Part shown: positions 1 through 20,795 of the stretch, in pieces | Layout: the number at the start of each line of letters is the position of its first letter | Position numbering within the stretch: the first letter of the stretch is position 1 | Notes under the pieces: generated by a model | Database searches by the model: none | Told to the model about the DNA's origin: nothing | The model's input: the letters and a program-made list of their open reading frames with translations, nothing else | Made by a program: the position numbers and the translations under genes | NCBI GenBank assembly: GCA_951406725.2 | Contig: OX597842.1 | Coordinates: forward strand, 26,040,001 to 26,104,000 | Source of the DNA: Octopus vulgaris | Taxonomy: Eukaryota | Length of the DNA stretch: 64,000 nt | Direction of reading: 5' to 3'

Positions 1-3000
1 ATTTTGAGAATGAAATTGTTAATGAGAAGTTATGTATATTGACCAACAATGGATGGTTGCTGGCAGAATCGTTAGCATGCCGGGCGAAATGCTTAGCGGT
101 ATTTCGTCTGCCACTATGTTCTGAGTTCAAATTCTGCCAAGGTCGACTTTGCCTTTCATCCTCTCGGGGTCGATAAATTAAGTACCAGTTACGCACTGGG
201 GTCAATATAATTGACTTAATCCGTTTGTCTGTCCGTGTTTGTCCTCTCTGTGTTTAGCCCCTTGTGGTTTGTAAAGAAATAGGTATTTCGTCTGCCGTCA
301 CGTTCTGAGTTCAAATTCTGCTCAGGTCGACTTTACCTTTCATCCTTTCGGGATCGATAAATTAAGTACCAGTTACGCACTGGGGTCGATATAATTGACT
401 TAATCCGTTTGTCTGTCCGTGTCTGTCCTCTCTGTGTTTATCCCCTTGTGGTTTGTAAAGAAATAGGTATTTCCTCTGCCGCTACGTTCTGAGTTCAAAT
501 TCTGCCGAGGTCGACTTTGTCTTTCATCTTTTTGGGGTCGATAAATTAAGTACCAGTTATGCACTGGGTCGATATAATCGACTTAATCCGTTTGTCTGTC
601 CTTGTTTGTCCTCTCTGTGTTTAGCCCCTTGTGGTTTGTAAAGAAATAGGTATTTCGTCTGCCATTACGTTCTGAGTTCAAATTCTGCCGAGGTCGACTT
701 TACCTTTCATCCTTTCGGGGTCGATAAATTAAGTACCAGTTATGCACTGGGGTCGATATAATCGACTTAATTCGTTTGTCTGTCCTTGTTTGTCCTCTCT
801 GTGTTTAGCCCCTTGTGGGTACTAAAGAAATAGGTATTTCGACTGCCACTACGTTCTGAGTTCAAATTCCGCCCAGGTCGACTTTACCTTTCATCCTTTC
901 GGGGTCGATAAATTAAGTACCAGTTACGCACTGGGGTCGATATAATCAACTTAATCCGTTTGTCCATCCGTGTTTGTCCTCTCTGTGTTTAGCCCCTTGA
1001 AGGTAGTAAAGAAATAGGTATTTCGTCTGCCGTTACGTTCTGAATTCAAATTCCGCTCAGGTCGACTTTACCTTTCATCCTTTCGGGGTCGATAAATTAA
1101 GTACCAGTTAATCACTGGGGTCGATATAATCGACTTAATCCGTTTGTCTGTCCGTGTTTGTCCTCTCTGTGTTTAGCCCCTTGTGGTTTGTAAAGAAATA
1201 GGTATTTCGTCTGCCGTTACGTTCTGAGTTCAAATTCCGCCCAGGTCGACTTTGTCTTTCATCCTTTCAGGGTCGATAAATTAAGTACCAGTTACGCACT
1301 GGGGTTGATATAATCGACTTAATCCGTTTGTCTGTCCGTGTCTGTCCTCTCTGTGTTTATCCCCTTGTGGTTTGTAAAGAAATAGGTATTTCGTCTGCCA
1401 TTACGTTCTGAGTTCAAATTCCGCCCAGGTCGACTTTACCTTTCATCCTTTCGGGGTCGATAAATTAAGTACCAGTTAATCACTGGGGTCGATATAATCG
1501 ACTTAATCCGTTTGTCTGTCCGTGTTTGTCCTCTCTGTGTTTAGCCCCTTGTGGTTTGTAAAGAAATAGGTATTTCGTCTGCCGTTACGTTCTGAGTTCA
1601 AATTCCGCCGAGGTTGACTTTACCTTTCATCCTTTCGGGGTCAATAAATTAAGTACCAGTTACGCACTGGGGTCGATATAATCGACTTAATCCATTTGTC
1701 TGTCCTTGTTTGTCCTCTCTGTGTTTAGCCCCTTGTGGTTTGTAAAGAAATAGGTATTTCGTCTGCTGTTACGTTCTGAGTTCAAATTCCGCCGAGGTTG
1801 ACTTTACCTTTCATCCTTTCGGGGTCAATAAATTAAGTACCAGTTACGCACTGGGGTCGATATAATCGACTTAATCCATTTGTCTGTCCTTGTTTGTCCT
1901 CTCTGTGTTTAGCCCCTTGTGGGTAGTAAAGAAATAGGTATTTCGTCTGCCGTTACGTTCTGAGTTCAAATTCCGCCCAGGTCGACTTTGTCTTTCATCC
2001 TTTCAGGGTCGATAAATTAAGTACCAGTTACCCACTGGGGTTGATATAATCGACTTAATCCGTTTGTCTGTCCGTGTCTGTCCGTGTCTGTCCTCTCTGT
2101 GTTCATCCCCTTGTGGTTTGTAAAGAAATAGGTATTTCGTCTGCCATTACGTTCTGAGTTCAAATTCCGCCCAGGTCGACTTTACCTTTCATCCTTTCGG
2201 GGTCGATAAATTAAGTACCAGTTAATCACTGGGGTCGATATAATCGACTTAATCCGTTTGTCTGTCCGTGTTTGTCCTCTCTGTGTTTAGCCCCTTGTGG
2301 TTTGTAAAGAAATAGGTATTTCGTCTGCCGTTACGTTCTGAGTTCAAATTCCGCCGAGGTTGACTTTACCTTTCATCCTTTCGGGGTCAATAAATTAAGT
2401 ACCAGTTACGCACTGGGGTCGATATAATCGACTTAATCCATTTGTCTGTCCTTGTTTGTCCTCTCTGTGTTTAGCCCCTTGTGGATAGTAAAGAAATAGG
2501 TATTTCGTCTGCCGTTACGTTCTGAGTTCAAATTCCGCCCAGGTCGACTTTACCTTTCATCCTTTCAGGGTCGATAAATTAAGTACCAGTTATGCACTGG
2601 GGTCGATATAATCGACTTAATCCGTTTGTCTGTCCGTGTCTGTCCTCTCTGTGTTTATCCCCTTGTGGTTTGTAAAGAAATAGGTATTTCGTCTGCCATT
2701 ACGTTCTGAGTTCAAATTCCGCCCAGGTCGACTTTACCTTTCATCCTTTCGGGGTCGATAAATTAAGTACCAGTTATGCACTGGGGTCGATATAATCGAC
2801 TTAATCCGTTTGTCTGTCCTTGTTTGTCCTCTCTGTGTTTAGCCCCTTGTGGTTTGTAAAGAAATAGGTATTTCGTCTGCCATTACGTTCTGAGTTCAAA
2901 TTCCGCCCAGGTCGACTTTACCTTTCATCCTTTCGGGGTCGATAAATTAGGTACCAGTTACGCACTGGGGTTGATATAATCGACTTAATCCGTTTGTCTG

Positions 3001-3535
3001 TCCGTGTCTGTCCTCTCTGTGTTTATCCCCTTGTGGTTTGTAAAGAAATAGGTATTTCGTCTGCCATTACGTTCTGAGTTCAAATTCCGCCCAGGTCGAC
3101 TTTGTCTTTCATCCTTTCGGGGTCGATAAATTAAGTACCAGTTACCAAATGGGGTCGATATAATGGACTTAATCCGTTTGTCTGTCCTTGTTTGTCCTCT
3201 CTGTGTTTAGCCCCTTCTGGGTAGTGAAGAAATACTGAAAGCATGTAGAGGGTGTGCCCTAGCTGCAAAAGAACCTACCACTAAATGGCAACCATGGCTA
3301 AAAACAGATATTCCATGGTCCAGACTACATATTAATTATGCAGGTCCACATAAGGGTTCATATTACCTTGATGATGTTGTGGACAGTTTTTCTAAGTGGC
3401 CTGAAGTGCATGAGTGTAAAAAGCTGACATCTGCAATTGTAAGTTTTTTTACATGAATTGTTCCCCTGATATGATATTCCTGATACCATTTTATCTGATA
3501 ATGGCACCCCATTTCAGACAAGTTCAGAAAATTTT
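1..3535 (+). mobile_element. Degenerate Ty3/Gypsy-type LTR-retrotransposon integrase fragment (1-54 and ~3230-3535), split by a SINE array
   Basis: 1-54 translates ILRMKLLMRSYVY*PTMD. After the array: EILKACRGCALAAKEP..PWSRLHINYAGPHKGSYYL..VVDSFSKWPEV..IPDTILSDNGTPF. This matches the integrase Zn-binding region and the start of the DDE core, with stops and a frameshift. Confidence 0.85.
60..3233 (+). repeat. Tandem array of 17 x ~184-bp units derived from a tRNA-head SINE (family B)
   Basis: Unit starts at 98, 282, 466, 649, 833 ... 2867, 3051. Each unit has a B-box (gagttcaaattcc) and the motif gtcgactttgcctttcatcctttcggggtcgataaattaagtaccag. Only the first copy carries the 5' head. Confidence 0.95.
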
Positions 3536-3537
3536 GT

Positions 3538-3977
3538 AGGAGTGGTTGTGTGGTAAGTAGCTTGCTTACCAACCACATGGTTCTGGGTTCAGTCTCAGTG
3601 CGTGGCACCTTGGGCAAGTGTCTTCTAATATAGCCTCGAGTTGACCAAAGCCTTGTGAGTTGATTTGGTAGACGGAAACTGAAAGAAGCCTGTCATATAT
3701 ATATATATCTTGCAAACAACTTGCACATGCAAGTGCTACCAGTTAAAAGCTCCGTATATCGGAAGCTAGCAAGTGTATGGGGTCATCAGGAGAGAATGCG
3801 CGCCGTTTCGGGGCCTACCTCTCGACGGCATCAATGCGCACCGGCCCCCCTCACTGATATGAGGCCCCGCTTGCTAGATCAGCTGGTTATGATGAACTCA
3901 ATATACTTCTAGCCATCGCTCATCGTCTCTTTTTAACCAAATCCAGTGGCTAGCCTTCTCCACTGTAGATTGGACAC

Positions 3978-4012
<35 letters not shown>

Positions 4013-4229
4013 CGTATGTTTGTGTGTCTGTGTTAATCACCCCAACATCGCTTGACAACTGATGCTGGTGTGTTCACGTCCCCGTAACTTAGTGCTTCGG
4101 CAAAAGTGACTGATAGAATAAGTACTAGGCTTACAAAGAATAAGTCCTGGGGTCAATTTGCTCGACTAAAGGTGGTGCCCCAGCATGGCAACAGCCAAAT
4201 GACTGAAACAAGTAAAAGAGTAGAGAGAG
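3538..4229 (+). mobile_element. tRNA-derived CORE-like SINE (family A) with a ~270-bp insert in its internal (TA)n
   Basis: A-box-like ggagtggttgtgtggtaag, B-box-like gggttcagtc, CORE-like ccttgggcaagtgtctt, and tail cagcatggc...gactgaaacaagtaaaagag. More than 12 copies occur in the window. Confidence 0.85.
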
Positions 4230-4382
4230 AATATATATATATATATGCAGACATCCCAACCATATTGTTCTGGGTTCAGTCCCATTCCATGGCACCCTAG
4301 GCAATTGACCTTGGGCAAGTGCCTTGAGTCAACTGAAGCCATCTGAGTAGATTTGGCAGACAGAAACTAAAAGAAGCCTGTC

Positions 4383-9187
<4,805 letters not shown>

Positions 9188-9234
9188 CCGTTTTCCATGT
9201 ATATATATCAGGCCCAGTATCTGTATATATATAT

Positions 9235-10292
9235 GGGTGCTTTTTACGTGCCACCCGCACTGGTGCCAGCCAGAGCTGGCAAACGGCCACGAACGGATGG
9301 TGTTTTTTATGTGCCACCGGCACGAGGGCCAGGCGAGGCTGGCAACGGAACACGAAACGGGGCGGTGCTGGCAACGGTCGCGAAACGGAAAGTTCTCTTA
9401 CATGCCACCGGCACTGGTAACACATCTGCAATTTCCATTGATCGATTTCCATTGATCGATTTCGATTCTGATCCTCACTTGCCTCAATGGGTCTTCACAA
9501 GCAGAGTTTCGACATGCCACCGGCACTGGTAGCACATCCGCAATTTCCATTGATCGATTTCGATTCTGATCCTCACTTGCCTCAACACGTCTTCACAAGT
9601 AGAGTTTTGTGTCCCAAGAAGGGAAGGTATGCATACGTAGGCTGGCTCCATCCCATGTAGAAGGCCACGGGTTGTGGACTCACTTGTCCTGCCGGGTCTT
9701 CTCGCGCACAGCACACTTCCAGAGGTCTCGGTCTCTAGTCATTTCCTCAGTGAGACCTAAAGTTCGAAGGTCGTGCTTCACCACCTCGTCCCAGGTTTTC
9801 CTGGGTCTGCCTCTTCCACAGGTTCCCTCAACCGCTAGGGTGTGGCACTTTTTCACACAACTATCTTCATCCATTCTCGCCACATGACCATACCAGCGCA
9901 AACGTCTCTCTTGCACACCACAACTGATGCTTCTTAGGTCCAGCTTTTCTCTCAAGGTACTTACACTCTGCCGAGTGTGAGTACTGGCATTACACATCCA
10001 TCGGAGCATACTGGCTTCATTTCTAGCGAGCTTACGCATATCCTCAGCAGTCACGGCCCATGTTTCACTGCCATGTAGCATGGCTGTTCGTACACACGCA
10101 TCATACAGTCTGCCTTTCACTCTGTGCGAGAGGCCTTTTGTCACCAGCAGAGGTAAGAGCTCTCTGAACTTTGCCCAAGCTATTCTTACTCTAGCAGTTA
10201 CACTTTCAGCACACCCGCCCCCGCTGCTGACTTGGTCACCTAGGTAACGGAAACTATCAACTATTTCTAGTTTTTCTCCCTGGAAAGTGACA
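9235..10292 (-). mobile_element. 5'-truncated RTE-clade LINE (RT C-terminus, ORF 10292-9680, plus 3' UTR)
   Basis: The frame reads [70 protein letters not shown], typical of the RTE ORF C-terminus. It is flanked by (TA)n on both sides. Confidence 0.92.
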
Positions 10293-10293
10293 G

Positions 10294-10582
<289 letters not shown>

Positions 10583-11348
10583 GTGACTGAAAGAAGTACA
10601 AGATAAAAGATATATTTATGTGTGCGCATTTGAGTGAGTTCATATTTTCCTTGCATTCACTGGTTCGTAAACAATTGTTGCCTGACTTTTGTGTTTGCTT
10701 TGCAGTCCACCACAAAAGCATATTTAAGTTTCTTGTCATGTCACAACAAGTTGCATGACCTTTGCAAACATACTGGTGTCATTTCATTTCCAGTTCTCCA
10801 TATAAAGTAAGTCCAGGCTGTTTGTTATTCAAAAGGCTAGGTATGTATGTGTATATATGTATATATATTCAGTTGGCAACTGGAAGGGCATGGAGTCAGC
10901 GTTGTTTCAAAGCTTGGACAGACTGGACACTTGCCTGAGGAACCCTATGGATTTAGGGCACCAATGCTTAATTTATGTATGCTGCAGTCTGAGGCTTGTT
11001 GCCAATAAATGTATGTAGGGTCCCCAGCTCGCTGATTTGCTTAGGGGGCACATAAAGCTGTTACAACAACCCTACATGCTACAATAGAAAAACTATCTCC
11101 CCTACACCATATACTTTTGTCTGATCCGTGCAAGCATGGAAAAGTAAATATCAAAATGATAATGAGCAATGAATTAGCCACTGGTAAATAATTAATCTGT
11201 GGCCAAGGGTTCTGAACCCTTTTTTTTTTTTATCTATGGACCCCTTTGATTCCTATTTTATTCTGGTGGACCCCTGTAGCCATTCGATGTTTAAAAACTA
11301 GTTTTATAGACATTCTTTCAAAATTCCTATTTTGTTTTTCACACATTA

Positions 11349-11665
11349 GGCGCAGGAATGGCTGTGTGGTAAGTAGCTTGCTTACCAACCACATGGTTCT
11401 GGGTTCAGTCCCACTGAGAAGCACCTTGGGCAAGTGTCTTCTTCTATAGCCTTGGGCTGACCAAAGCCATGTGAGTGGATTTGGTACATGGAAACTGAAA
11501 AAAGCCCGTCGTATATATATATGTGTGTACGTGTTTGTGTGTCTGTGTTTGTCCCCCCAACATCGCTTGACAACTGATGCTGGTGTGTTTATGTCCCCGT
11601 TACCTAGCGGTCCGGCAAAAGTGACCGATAGAATAAGTACTAGGCTTACAAAGAATAAGCCCTGG
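11349..11665 (+). mobile_element. SINE family A, 3'-truncated
   Basis: Head ggcgcaggaatggctgtgtggtaag; body as in 23536-23924. Confidence 0.85.
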
Positions 11666-11689
11666 GCTCCATTTGCCCGTCATCAAATT

Positions 11690-12250
11690 TCACTTTGATT
11701 TTGATATCACTTGCCTCAACAGGTCTTTGCAAGCAGAGTTTAGTGTCCAAAGAAGGAAACGGTATGCATAAGTGGGCTGGTTATGTCCCTGGCATAGGCC
11801 ACGAGGTTATGGTCTCATTTGGCTTGCCGGGTCTTCTCAAGCACAGCATATTTCCAAAGATCTTGGTCACTAGTCATTTCCTTGGTGAGGCCTAAAGTTC
11901 GAACCACTTCATCCCAGGTCTTCCTGGGTCTACTTCTTCCACAGGTTCCCTCAACCGCTAAGCTGTGGCACTTTTTCATACAGCTATCCACATCCATTCT
12001 CGCTATATGTCCATACCAGTGCAGTCGTCTCTCTTGCACACCACATCTGATGCTTCTTAGGTCCAACTTTTCTCTCGGGGTACTTACACTCTGTCGACTA
12101 TGCACACTGACATCACACATCCATCGGAGCATACTGGCTTCATTCCTTGCGAGCTTACGCATGTCCTCAGCAGTCACGGCCCATGTTTCACTGCCATGTA
12201 GCATGGCTATTCGTACACATGCGTCATACAGTCTACCTTTTACTCTGAGT
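11690..12250 (-). mobile_element. RTE LINE fragment (second subfamily)
   Basis: ORF 11815-12204 [32 protein letters not shown] is paralogous to 9680-10144. Confidence 0.9.
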
Positions 12251-12251
12251 G

Positions 12252-12374
12252 AAAATTTCCACTTATTTCTTATTTTTATATTCTAAAATTTTTGTTGCGT
12301 CTTGCAACCTTTTCAATAGTTTTCAGTCAACGAAAATTTTAGGACAATAAAAATAAGAAATAAGTGGAAATTTT
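12252..12374. repeat. Short hairpin with perfect 28-bp arms
   Basis: aaaatttccacttatttcttatttttat (12252-12279) is the reverse complement of 12347-12374, with imperfect pairing further inside. Confidence 0.85.
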
Positions 12375-12494
12375 ACTGGTGAGTGTGTTACATTTTCAGG
12401 CACAAAAAGAAAATGACTCTCTCCAGACACAACAGAATATGCTTCAACACACGAACTCATATAAAGAATCTAGCAAACCAAATCCAAAAACGAA

Positions 12495-13189
<695 letters not shown>

Positions 13190-13190
<1 letters not shown>

Positions 13191-13730
13191 GTGCCGCCTC
13201 GACTGGCTTCCATGTCGGTGGCACGTAAAATGCACCAATCCGACCGTGGCAGTTGCCAGCCTCGCCTGGCACCTGTGCAGGTGGCACATAAAAGCACCCA
13301 CTACACTCATGGAGTGGTTGGCACTAGGAAGGGCATCCAGCTGTAGAAACACTGCCAGATCAGACTGGAGCCTGGTGCAACCTTCTGGCTTCCCAGATCC
13401 CCGGTCGAACCGTCCAACCCATGCTAGCATGGAGAACGGACGTTAAATGATGATGATGATATATCATCATCATCATTGTTTAACGTCCGTTTTCCGTGCT
13501 AGCATGGGTTGGACGGTTCGACCGGGGATCTGGGAAGCCAGAAGGCTGCACCAGGCTCCAGTCTTATCTGGCAATGTTTCTACAGCTGGATGCCCTTCCT
13601 AACGCCAACCACTCCACGAGTGTAGTGGGTGATTTTTACGTTCCACCTGCACAGGTGCCAGGGGGGTCCGGCATCGGTCACGATCGGTTGAAGCTTTTAA
13701 CGTGCCAGCCAAGGCGGCGCTGGCAATGTT
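13190..13730. mobile_element. Two RTE 3'-end copies arranged tail-to-tail (+ 13190-13460; - 13463-13730)
   Basis: Both carry ctggatgcccttcct and ...catgctagca.gga.aacggacgttaaa..(gat)n. They meet at gatgatgatatatcatcatc. Confidence 0.88.
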
Positions 13731-13739
13731 TGGATGGAA

Positions 13740-16730
<2,991 letters not shown>

Positions 16731-16828
16731 ATTCAATAATGAGGGTGAATAAAATTATAGATATTAATTCAATAATACCCTTATTTTAACACCAAGCGAC
16801 CTAGCACATATATGTATATATATATATG

Positions 16829-16866
<38 letters not shown>

Positions 16867-16905
16867 TATATATATATAAATAAATAAATATATATATATA
16901 TATAA

Positions 16906-18117
16906 CTGCGTGATCTCAACATAGTTGGAAAACTGGGAAAATGGCTTCATGACTTTCTGAAGGATAGAAGTCAGGTGGTAGTAGCCAATGGGGCCACCTC
17001 CATTAACACACAAATAGCGAGCGGTGTTCCGCAGGGCACTGTTCTGGGACCACTACTGTTCATAATGGCCCTCTCAGACATGCCCTCAGCCACGCAGAGA
17101 GCCACGATCACAAGTTATGCAGATGATACAAAAGTCTCACAGGCAATACAGAACCCTGAGGACACTAAACACCTGCAATGTGAGCTGGACGAAATATACA
17201 AGTGGGCTGAAAAGAATAGCATGCAGTTCAATGCTGGAAAGTTTCAAGCTTTATACTATCAGCATGCAAAACTGAATGCAATACCCAATGAATACACTGG
17301 ACCCGGAGGGATTGCAATCCCAGAGGCACAATCAGTGCGTGACCTGGGTATTCACATGAGTGATGACGCGACCTTTCATGTACATGTTGCTAAACTGACA
17401 ATGAAATGTAGACAGCTGGCTGGATGGATTCTTAGAACCTTTAGAACAAGAGAACAAGAAACCATGATGGTCCTCTGGAAGACACTTGTCCTAAGCCACT
17501 TTGACTATTGCTCTCAGCTATGGTCACCATCCAGTGTCAAGTTGATCACAGAACTTGAGGCGATCCAACGAAGCTACACAAAGAAGATAGCCTCTATGCA
17601 GAATGTAAGCTACTGGGAAAGACTCAAGAGATTAAAATTATATTCCCTGGAGCGTAGGCGGGAAAGATATGCCATAATATACATCTGGAAGATCCTGGAG
17701 GGAAGTGTCCTGAACTTTGGCATCGAGAGTTACGCAAATGCCAGAACTGGGCGCCACTGCGTGGTGCCTAGGACTCCAAACCTGCCATCAAGATGTAGGA
17801 CAAGATTCTGTGATAGCCTGGGCTTCCGAGGCCCACAGCTCTTCAATATCCTCCCGAAGAACCTGAGAGACCTGCATGGGGTGGATACAGATGTCTTTAA
17901 AACGAAGCTGGATCTCTTCCTGTCAGGTGTCCCAGATGAACCAACTTCACGGCAGGAGGGGCAGATGAGGGCAGCTGCATCGAACTCTCTCATGCATCAA
18001 ATAGCAGTTGCTAGAAAGCCTCCATGAAGTGAAACCAAGTAGCAACACCAAATGGCGGTGCCCCAGCATGGCCACAGCTCATAAGTTGAAACTAGAATCA
18101 ATCAATCAATCAATCAA
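16906..18117 (+). mobile_element. 5'-truncated CR1/L2-group LINE with uninterrupted RT C-terminal ORF (to 18027) and (AATC)n tail
   Basis: WLHDFLKDRSQ, SGVPQGTVLGPLLF, YADD, VRDLG, HFDYCSQLWSP, LYSLERRR and LFNILP motifs; tail aatcaatcaatc; (TA)n on both sides. Confidence 0.93.
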
Positions 18118-18649
18118 TATATATATATATATACAAATTGAGATAGGGGTTGTAAGTGCAACCCTCCATGGGATAACATATATCCAATATACTGCTAGTG
18201 AAGCACCCAACAAAGTTAATACATAAATGTTAAGAATTGCGATGCAATTAATTCATTTATTGTATTATATGAACAAAGGTAAAATGTTTTACCACAAATT
18301 AATAATACAAAATAAGAAAATAGAGAAATACATCTAGATCCAATATCAACTACCAGATAATACCCAATCTGATTGGCCTATACATTTAAATTTCAATTTC
18401 AATTGTCATAGGCCAATTATATTTTAGCGTTCGATTATTAACTATTTCTAAACGTAATACTGTATTTGTGTCACAGTTGAAATTATAGATTGCACCCGCA
18501 TGTACATTTATACACCTGTGGAAATTTACAATACTTGTCACTCGTCACTTGGTAAATCCAAATGTCCTTATAAGGACTGCATAGTGTCTGTTCATTATAT
18601 ATATGTGTGTGTGTATGTGTGTGTGTGTATATATATGTGTGCGTGCATA

Positions 18650-18684
<35 letters not shown>

Positions 18685-18687
18685 GTG

Positions 18688-18726
<39 letters not shown>

Positions 18727-19009
18727 CAGAAACAAATAAAAGAAAGTAGAGATATATATCTCACACGGTCGTAACCATTGAAGTGGAATGGCACAGAACT
18801 GTATGCTGCCAACGAACTAATAAGGTCACTGACGCCCAAAATAAATTGTTCATTTACACAATTCCAGCCGGAGAATTTTCTCCTGGGACCATTCTTACAA
18901 CTATAGGCTTTTTCACATCTGATTATATTTGAACATTTTAACCATAGTTTTACACACAAGGCAGTGCTCCAGGATGGCCGCAGTTAAATGACTGAAACAA
19001 GTAAAAGAG

Positions 19010-19040
<31 letters not shown>

Positions 19041-19071
19041 AAGGGGTATGTGTATACATACATACATATAT

Positions 19072-19340
19072 CACGTGATCACGTCACCGACCAGACCGTC
19101 AGATGTTGCTACACATCGCTGGTCACAATGCATTCGCATTGTTTTAGCCTTCGAATGACGCCACCCCACTGGCTTAGCGAGCAGGCCAACAGAAGAAAGA
19201 GTGGGAAAGTTGTGGAGAAAGTGCACAGCAGGGATCACCACCTCCTGCCAGAGCCTCGTGGAGCTTTTTAGGTGTTTTTGCTCAATAAACACACACAACA
19301 CCTGATCCGCTGCCCTAACCACTGGGCCATTACGCCTCCA
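19072..19340 (-). mobile_element. tRNA-derived SINE (family C, internally deleted)
   Basis: Minus-strand head gaggcgtaatggcccagtggttagggcagc, shared with 25726-26103. Confidence 0.7.
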
Positions 19341-19806
19341 CACATACATATATATATATATAAGTAGTTGAATGAATTCGGTTAACCGATACTCGGGTAG
19401 TAAATTCACGTCAGAAAAACACGGTTGAAGCTACATGCCAAGGGCAGAGATCATGTGCTTTCGTGTGGAAATTTATGTGTTTTTTTAATACAAATAAATG
19501 AAAGAATGGAGTTGAACGACAATTTAACAAAATTCCTTTACTCTCGACATATGTTTCGAAGACTGCATATTCCTAATTTCGAAGGAATAAGGGGTGCATT
19601 ATGCCGCCTTCTATATATATATATATATATATATTACAGGCTTCTTTCAGTTTCCATCTACCAAATCTACTCACAAGGCTTTGGTCAGCCCGAAGCTATA
19701 GCAGAAGACACTTGCTCAAGGTGCCACGCAGTAGGACTGAACCTGGAACTATGTGGTTCGTAAGCAAGCTACTTTCCACACAGCCACTCCTATGCCTATA
19801 TATATA

Positions 19807-19980
19807 GACCGTTAAACACTACACACATTTTTTTCTCTCCTTGTTTTTTCTGTGTCCCTATCTGTAGAAGAGCGTAGGCTCAAAACGTAAAAGACCTTTT
19901 CTATTCCTGAGCATTATACTAATACATCTGTTTGTTTTGTACACCACCTGTCTTCGTCTTATGTTTTCTTTGTAAACTCT

Positions 19981-20014
<34 letters not shown>

Positions 20015-20196
20015 CCTATATATATATATATTGGCGATTTATTTTCCTCTGTATTCCCTTCCTTTGATCTTTCCTTTTCCTATGTTTCTGACGAAGAGCT
20101 CCACTCGAAATTTAAAACCCTCCTTACTTCCTGAGCATCCAATAATACTATATTTGTTCCACGTCCTCGCGTTGTTGTGTTTTCATGTTTGGATTA

Positions 20197-20200
<4 letters not shown>
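19807..20200 (+). mobile_element. Two (TA)n-flanked Penelope-like terminal fragments, each with a hammerhead-like core
   Basis: 19862 ctgtaga-a-gagc-gtag-gctc-aaaa-cg-ta and 20088 CTGACGA-a-gag-ctcca-ctc-GAAA-tt-TA with stem I gttt/aaac. The family assignment is inferred. Confidence 0.5.
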
Positions 20201-20232
<32 letters not shown>

Positions 20233-20506
20233 TATAAATATATACAATGAGCTTCTTTCAGTTTCCATCTACCAAATCCATTCACAGGGCCTTGATTATA
20301 GTAGAAGGCACTTGCCCAAGAACTGGAACTATGTGGTTGGGAAGCGAGCTTCTTACCACACAGTCACGAGACACACACGGCTATATACACTTGGTGACTA
20401 AGCCAGGTGAATAGAATCTACAGCTACACCCTAAAAAGAAATGTTGCCTTTAACACCTACCAGACTATTAGTTATTGTGGGAAAACCAGTTTTTGTGTAT
20501 GATGAA

Positions 20507-20649
20507 TGATAATAGTAATAACAATAATAGTAGTAATAATAATAATAATAATAATAGTAATAATAATAATAGTAATGATAATAATAGTAATGATAATAAT
20601 ACTAGTAATAATAATAATAATACTAGTAATAATAATAATAATAATACTA

Positions 20650-20685
<36 letters not shown>

Positions 20686-20760
20686 GTAATAATAATAATA
20701 ATACTAGTAATAATAATAATAGTAATAATAATAATAATACTAGTAATAATAATAATAATA

Positions 20761-20795
<35 letters not shown>

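Noticed and set aside
60-3233. Regular repeat arrays (also 21341-22152 and 54365-56131) as CRISPR
   Set aside because: No unique spacers and no cas genes; eukaryotic context; the units are SINE, LINE-UTR or zinc-finger sequence.
3363-3617. Recurrent short ORFs MPKVP..TMWLVSKLLTTQP
   Set aside because: Antisense translation of the family A SINE head, not a gene family.
3710-3975. GC-richer insert tested as USH1G exon 1
   Set aside because: No frame resembles the SANS N-terminus and there is no fitting donor.
10897-11075. Possible hAT-like MITE (cagcgttgtt...acaacaaccct)
   Set aside because: The inverted ends are too degenerate and no TSD was found.
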